DNA of 24,000 nucleotides from an uncultured Microthrixaceae bacterium (GTDB taxonomy: Bacteria > Actinomycetota > Acidimicrobiia > Acidimicrobiales > MedAcidi-G1), in contig CAXEUY010000003.1 in assembly GCA_963999645.1 (NCBI GenBank), positions 1-24,000 of the forward strand. Reading direction: 5' to 3'. Below are positions 20,491 through 24,000 of the stretch, in pieces (the first letter of the stretch is position 1; each line of letters opens with the position of its first letter). The translations under genes were made by a program, and so were the position numbers. Under the pieces are notes generated by a model. That model ran no database searches. It worked only from the letters and a program-made list of their open reading frames with translations, and was not told the DNA's origin.

Positions 20491-21049
20491 AAGTAAAACT
20501 CCTTTAGGTCTTCGTCAACGATATGACACTGAAGTGCGTGCTGCACTTAAAGAGGAACTTGGATTGTCGAACATAATGCAAGTTCCAAAGTTGGTAAAAA
20601 TTGTTGTCAACATGGGTGTAGGAGAAGCAGCTCAACAGTCAAAGTTGATTGATGGAGCATTGGCTGATCTGGAACTAATTACAGGCCAAAAACCTATAGT
20701 CACAAAAGCAAAAACTTCTATTTCAAATTTTCGTCTTCGTGAAGGGCAAGCTATCGGAGCCAAGGCAACACTTAGAGGAAATAGGATGTATGAGTTTTTA
20801 GATCGACTTATGAATCTCGCTATACCAAGAGTCCGTGATTTTAGAGGTTGCAGTTTGAAGTCTTTTGATGGCAAAGGCAATTACACATTGGGCGTAACTG
20901 AACAACTTATTTTCCCAGAAATCGATTATGACAAAATTGACCGAGTGCGAGGTATGGATATAACTATCGTTACCTCAGCATCTGATGATAAGGATGGGAG
21001 AGCTTTACTTACAGCTCTTGGTTTCCCATTCCGAGTGGAGGCTTCCTAG
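20483..21049 (+). CDS. rplE: 50S ribosomal protein uL5
   Basis: 188 aa: [40 protein letters not shown]...[27 protein letters not shown]...PRVRDFRG. 8-nt overlap with rplX. Confidence 0.98.
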   Translation: MVESKTPLGLRQRYDTEVRAALKEELGLSNIMQVPKLVKIVVNMGVGEAAQQSKLIDGALADLELITGQKPIVTKAKTSISNFRLREGQAIGAKATLRGNRMYEFLDRLMNLAIPRVRDFRGCSLKSFDGKGNYTLGVTEQLIFPEIDYDKIDRVRGMDITIVTSASDDKDGRALLTALGFPFRVEAS

Positions 21050-21234
21050 TGGCTAAAAAAGCTTTAGTGAACAAACAAAAGAAAACACCGAAATTTAAAG
21101 TTCGGGCTTATACAAGGTGTGGGCGATGCGGAAGGCCGCGTTCTGTATATCGAGATTTTGGTCTTTGTCGCGTATGTCTACGCGAAATGGCATTAGCAGG
21201 TGAGATACCTGGTTTAACAAAATCGAGTTGGTGA
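21049..21234 (+). CDS. rpsN: 30S ribosomal protein uS14, short zinc-ribbon (type Z, C+) form
   Basis: 61 aa with a GTG start. Contains [20 protein letters not shown], i.e. CxxC-x12-CxxC, and ends ...LTKSSW. Confidence 0.96.
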   Translation: MAKKALVNKQKKTPKFKVRAYTRCGRCGRPRSVYRDFGLCRVCLREMALAGEIPGLTKSSW

Positions 21235-21247
21235 GAGGAGGGCAACA

Positions 21248-21652
21248 ATGACAATGACAGATCCAGTAGCGGACATGCTTACTCGTATACGTAACGCCAA
21301 TCAAGCAATGCATGAAGGAGTTGTTATGCCTTCATCAAAACAAAAAATTGCTCTTGCTGACCTCTTAAAAGAAGAAGGATATATTGCAGATTTTGATGTA
21401 AGTGCATCGGAGAAGTCAACCGGTGATGTTTTGTCCATAACAATGAAATACACCGATTCACGAGAACGCGTTATAAGCGGGTTAAGAAGAGTGTCTAAAC
21501 CAGGATTAAGGGTTTACACCAAATCAGATAAAATACCCCGTGTCCTTGGAGGATTGGGTGTGGCCGTAGTGAGTACCAGTAAAGGGCTCATGAGTGATAG
21601 AGAGGCTCGTCGCCGTCGTATGGGTGGCGAAGTTCTCTGTTACGTCTGGTAG
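21248..21652 (+). CDS. rpsH: 30S ribosomal protein uS8
   Basis: 134 aa: [20 protein letters not shown]...[33 protein letters not shown]. Confidence 0.98.
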   Translation: MTMTDPVADMLTRIRNANQAMHEGVVMPSSKQKIALADLLKEEGYIADFDVSASEKSTGDVLSITMKYTDSRERVISGLRRVSKPGLRVYTKSDKIPRVLGGLGVAVVSTSKGLMSDREARRRRMGGEVLCYVW

Positions 21653-21665
21653 AAGAGGAGGGGCT

Positions 21666-22205
21666 ATGTCGAGAATCGGAAAAGAGCCAATTTCTGTCCC
21701 AAGTGATGTACAGGTTTCTATTGAAGGTAGAAATGTTGGAGTTTCAGGTCCAAAAGGATCTTTGGATTTAGATGTACCAGGTGAAATAGAAGTTCGTCAA
21801 GAGGATGACATGATTTTAGTCGAGAGGCCTAATGATGATCGAAAGAACAAGGCTTTACATGGGCTCACTAGATCTTTGGTTAACAACATGGTAATAGGTG
21901 TTTCTGAAGGGTTCAAAAAGGAACTTGAGATCGTGGGAGTTGGTTATCGTGCAGCAGAAAAAGGCAGCAATGGCCTTGAATTGCAGCTTGGTTTCAGCCA
22001 CCCTGTTGAAGTGAAAGCTCCTGAAGGAATAACTTTTGAGGTTCCTGAACCTACTCGGATAATTGTCTCAGGAATCAATAAAGAAGTTGTAGGTCAGGTA
22101 GCTGCGGATATTAGAAGCTACAGAAAACCTGAACCATATAAAGGAAAAGGTATTAGATATGCGGGTGAGCATGTCGCCCGTAAAGCCGGAAAGGCGGCGA
22201 AGTGA
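21666..22205 (+). CDS. rplF: 50S ribosomal protein uL6
   Basis: The start is re-called at ATG 21666 ([12 protein letters not shown]...), with AGAGGAGGGG immediately upstream. The 24-codon extension back to 21594 in the ORF track overlaps the rpsH 3' end and is not L6-like. The C-terminal region has [17 protein letters not shown]. Confidence 0.95.
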   Translation: MSRIGKEPISVPSDVQVSIEGRNVGVSGPKGSLDLDVPGEIEVRQEDDMILVERPNDDRKNKALHGLTRSLVNNMVIGVSEGFKKELEIVGVGYRAAEKGSNGLELQLGFSHPVEVKAPEGITFEVPEPTRIIVSGINKEVVGQVAADIRSYRKPEPYKGKGIRYAGEHVARKAGKAAK

Positions 22206-22561
22206 GTATTCAATCTGACAGACGTGCTGGTCGCCATCGACGACATAGACGAATACGTAAATCAGTTTTTGGAACGGAAAACCGTCCTAGGTTGGTTGTG
22301 TTCAGGTCAAGTAAACATATATCCGTACAATTGGTTAATGATGAGGATGGTGTGACCTTGGTTTCTGCTTCTACACAACAAGACGGCGTTGCAAGTGGAA
22401 TTCGAGGTATTGATGCAGCAGCAGAAGTTGGGCGTCAAATTGCAAATCGAGCAACCCAAGCTGGTATTAAAAAGGTAGTTTTTGATCGCGCTGGTTATCG
22501 TTATCACGGTCGTGTAGCCGCTTTAGCAGATGCCGCTAGAAAAGAAGGATTGGAGTTCTGA
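22202..22561 (+). CDS. rplR: 50S ribosomal protein uL18
   Basis: 119 aa with a GTG start (GTGA overlap with rplF): [31 protein letters not shown]...[28 protein letters not shown]. Confidence 0.96.
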   Translation: MSIQSDRRAGRHRRHRRIRKSVFGTENRPRLVVFRSSKHISVQLVNDEDGVTLVSASTQQDGVASGIRGIDAAAEVGRQIANRATQAGIKKVVFDRAGYRYHGRVAALADAARKEGLEF

Positions 22562-23160
22562 TGAGTGTTGAAACATCAAACGAAACGATTCCTTTGAGAG
22601 AGTCGCGAGTAGTTCATATTAATCGTGTTGCTAAGGTCGTAAAGGGTGGTAGACGTTTCTCATTTACAGCACTTGTTGTTATTGGAGACGGAGCTGGTCG
22701 AGTTGGTCTTGGATATGGAAAAGCAAAAGAGGTGCCCTTAGCGATTCAAAAAGGCACGGAGGAAGCTAAAAGAAATGTTTTTTCCGTTCCGATGGCGGGA
22801 ACTACCATTATTCACACTATTGAGGGAGTTATGGGTGCAGGTCGCGTTCTATTGCAGCCGGCAGCTCCTGGAACTGGTGTAATAGCAGGAGGAGCAGCTC
22901 GTGCTGTTTTGGAAGAAGCTGGTATACAAGATGTTTTGTGTAAGTCTTTAGGTTCAGCGAATCATATTAATGTTGCTAGAGCTACTATTGAAGGTCTTAA
23001 AGGTCTTCGGCGACCAGATGAAATTGCAGCTATGAGAGGAATCTCTGCTGAAGATTTTGTTCCAAAAGCTCTTTTAGATTCGTATCAAAGATCTGAGGCA
23101 GGAATAGGAAAACCTGAAATTTCAGACACGGATACTTTGGAGAACAATGATGAACGATAA
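22561..23160 (+). CDS. rpsE: 30S ribosomal protein uS5
   Basis: 199 aa: [49 protein letters not shown]...[34 protein letters not shown] overlap with rplR. Confidence 0.98.
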   Translation: MSVETSNETIPLRESRVVHINRVAKVVKGGRRFSFTALVVIGDGAGRVGLGYGKAKEVPLAIQKGTEEAKRNVFSVPMAGTTIIHTIEGVMGAGRVLLQPAAPGTGVIAGGAARAVLEEAGIQDVLCKSLGSANHINVARATIEGLKGLRRPDEIAAMRGISAEDFVPKALLDSYQRSEAGIGKPEISDTDTLENNDER

Positions 23161-23347
23161 TGGTGGCTCTCAGTTAAGTGTAAAACAAACGAGATCTTGT
23201 ATAGGAATAAAACCTAAGCAACGTGGAACTTTAAGGGCTTTGGGATTAGGTCGTATAGGTAGAGTTAATACTCTTCCGGATAGACCTGAAATAAGAGGAA
23301 TGATAGCTCGAGTGCCTCATTTAGTAGAGGTACAGGAGGTTAATTGA
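23147..23347 (+). CDS. rpmD: 50S ribosomal protein uL30
   Basis: 66 aa: [56 protein letters not shown]. Start is ATG 23147 or 23150, overlapping the rpsE 3' end. Confidence 0.93.
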   Translation: MMNDNGGSQLSVKQTRSCIGIKPKQRGTLRALGLGRIGRVNTLPDRPEIRGMIARVPHLVEVQEVN

Positions 23348-23348
23348 T

Positions 23349-23834
23349 ATGAAAGTCCATGATCTGTCTCCAGCGCCTGGATCGCGACGTCGTGCAAAAC
23401 GAGTGGCTAGAGGTATTGCTGGTAAAGGAGGCAAAACCGCAGGTCGCGGTATGAAAGGTCAAAAAGCTCGTAATAAAGTTCCTGCAGGATTTGAAGGTGG
23501 TCAGATGCCTTTCGCTCAAAGAATTCCTAAATTAAAAGGTTTCAATAATCCTTTTAGAGTTGAGTATCAGGCTGTCAACTTGGACACTATTGAAGAATCT
23601 GGACTTACGGAAATTACACCTGAGACTTTGTATGATCGAGGACTAATTTCTAAAAAAGCTTTAGTTAAAGTGCTTGGCAGGGGAGAAATTAAACGTGCTG
23701 TGAACGTTCGTACACATGCAATTTCTGCTTCAGCAGAGTCAGCTATAACCAGTGCGGGTGGCTCTGTGGAGAAATTAGATCTACCATTCTCTATAAGACC
23801 AGCCGCAAAGGGAAATGCCTTAACAAATCGATGA
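23349..23834 (+). CDS. rplO: 50S ribosomal protein uL15
   Basis: 161 aa: MKVHDLSPAPGSRRRAKRVARGIAGKGGKTAGRGMKGQKAR...FEGGQMPFAQRIPKLKGF. Confidence 0.97.
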   Translation: MKVHDLSPAPGSRRRAKRVARGIAGKGGKTAGRGMKGQKARNKVPAGFEGGQMPFAQRIPKLKGFNNPFRVEYQAVNLDTIEESGLTEITPETLYDRGLISKKALVKVLGRGEIKRAVNVRTHAISASAESAITSAGGSVEKLDLPFSIRPAAKGNALTNR

Positions 23835-23876
23835 TGTTTACTTCGGAAAATAAATTAGTAATGAACGGAGAAGTCC

Positions 23877-24000
23877 TTGCTTAAGAGCATGTTAAATATG
23901 TTCCGTGTAGGAGATTTAAGGAAGAGGATATTATTCACTCTTTTGATGATTCTCTTATATAGGATTGGTGCCTTTGTTCCAGCGCCAGGTATTGACGTTG
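23877..24000 (+). CDS. secY: Preprotein translocase subunit SecY, 5' end (truncated by window edge)
   Basis: TTG 23877 has GGAG 6 nt upstream, and an in-frame TGA lies at 23862. It translates to (M)LKSMLNMFRVGDLRKRILFTLLMILLYRIGAFVPAPGIDV, matching the SecY N-terminus pattern (xDLRKKxLFTLxxxxxYRxGxxIPxPG) and the canonical position after rplO. ATG 23889 is an alternative start. Confidence 0.88.
   Translation, partial: MLKSMLNMFRVGDLRKRILFTLLMILLYRIGAFVPAPGIDV

Noticed and set aside
21594-21665. 24-codon 5' extension of rplF given in the ORF track ([24 protein letters not shown])
   Set aside because: It overlaps the rpsH 3' end in another frame and is not L6-like. A strong SD (AGAGGAGGGG) precedes ATG 21666, which gives the canonical [10 protein letters not shown]-terminus.

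Overview
This window holds the core transcription/translation gene cluster of a moderately AT-rich bacterium. I infer Actinomycetota because RpoC and EF-Tu closely resemble the mycobacterial proteins as I remember them, and RpoC carries the coiled-coil beta-prime insert known from mycobacterial RNAP. The plus strand reads: 3' end of an upstream ORF (probably rplJ), rplL, rpoB, rpoC, rpsL, rpsG, fusA, tuf, rpsJ. A single minus-strand AI-2E/PerM-family permease follows, then rplC-rplD-rplW-rplB-rpsS-rplV-rpsC-rplP-rpmC-rpsQ-rplN-rplX-rplE-rpsN(Zn type)-rpsH-rplF-rplR-rpsE-rpmD-rplO and the 5' end of secY. All genes look intact and very tightly packed, with many overlapping stop/start codons and several GTG/TTG starts. 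I see no rRNA, tRNA, CRISPR array, transposase/integrase, defence gene or toxin gene, and no evidence of a new multi-gene system; this is an ordinary housekeeping region. Four things merit a second look. (1) The S10 operon is split: rpsJ is joined to tuf and converges on the permease, with the two stop codons sharing one CTAG. (2) A roughly 320-nt divergent intergenic region upstream of rplC contains a GC-rich 12-bp stem-loop and flanking hairpins. (3) Acidic low-complexity, partly tandem-repeat extensions recur on ribosomal and RNAP proteins (the putative L10 tail, L22, S3, L29, S17, RpoC). (4) The RpoB rifampicin region has minor substitutions. Functional interpretations are inference and are marked as such.
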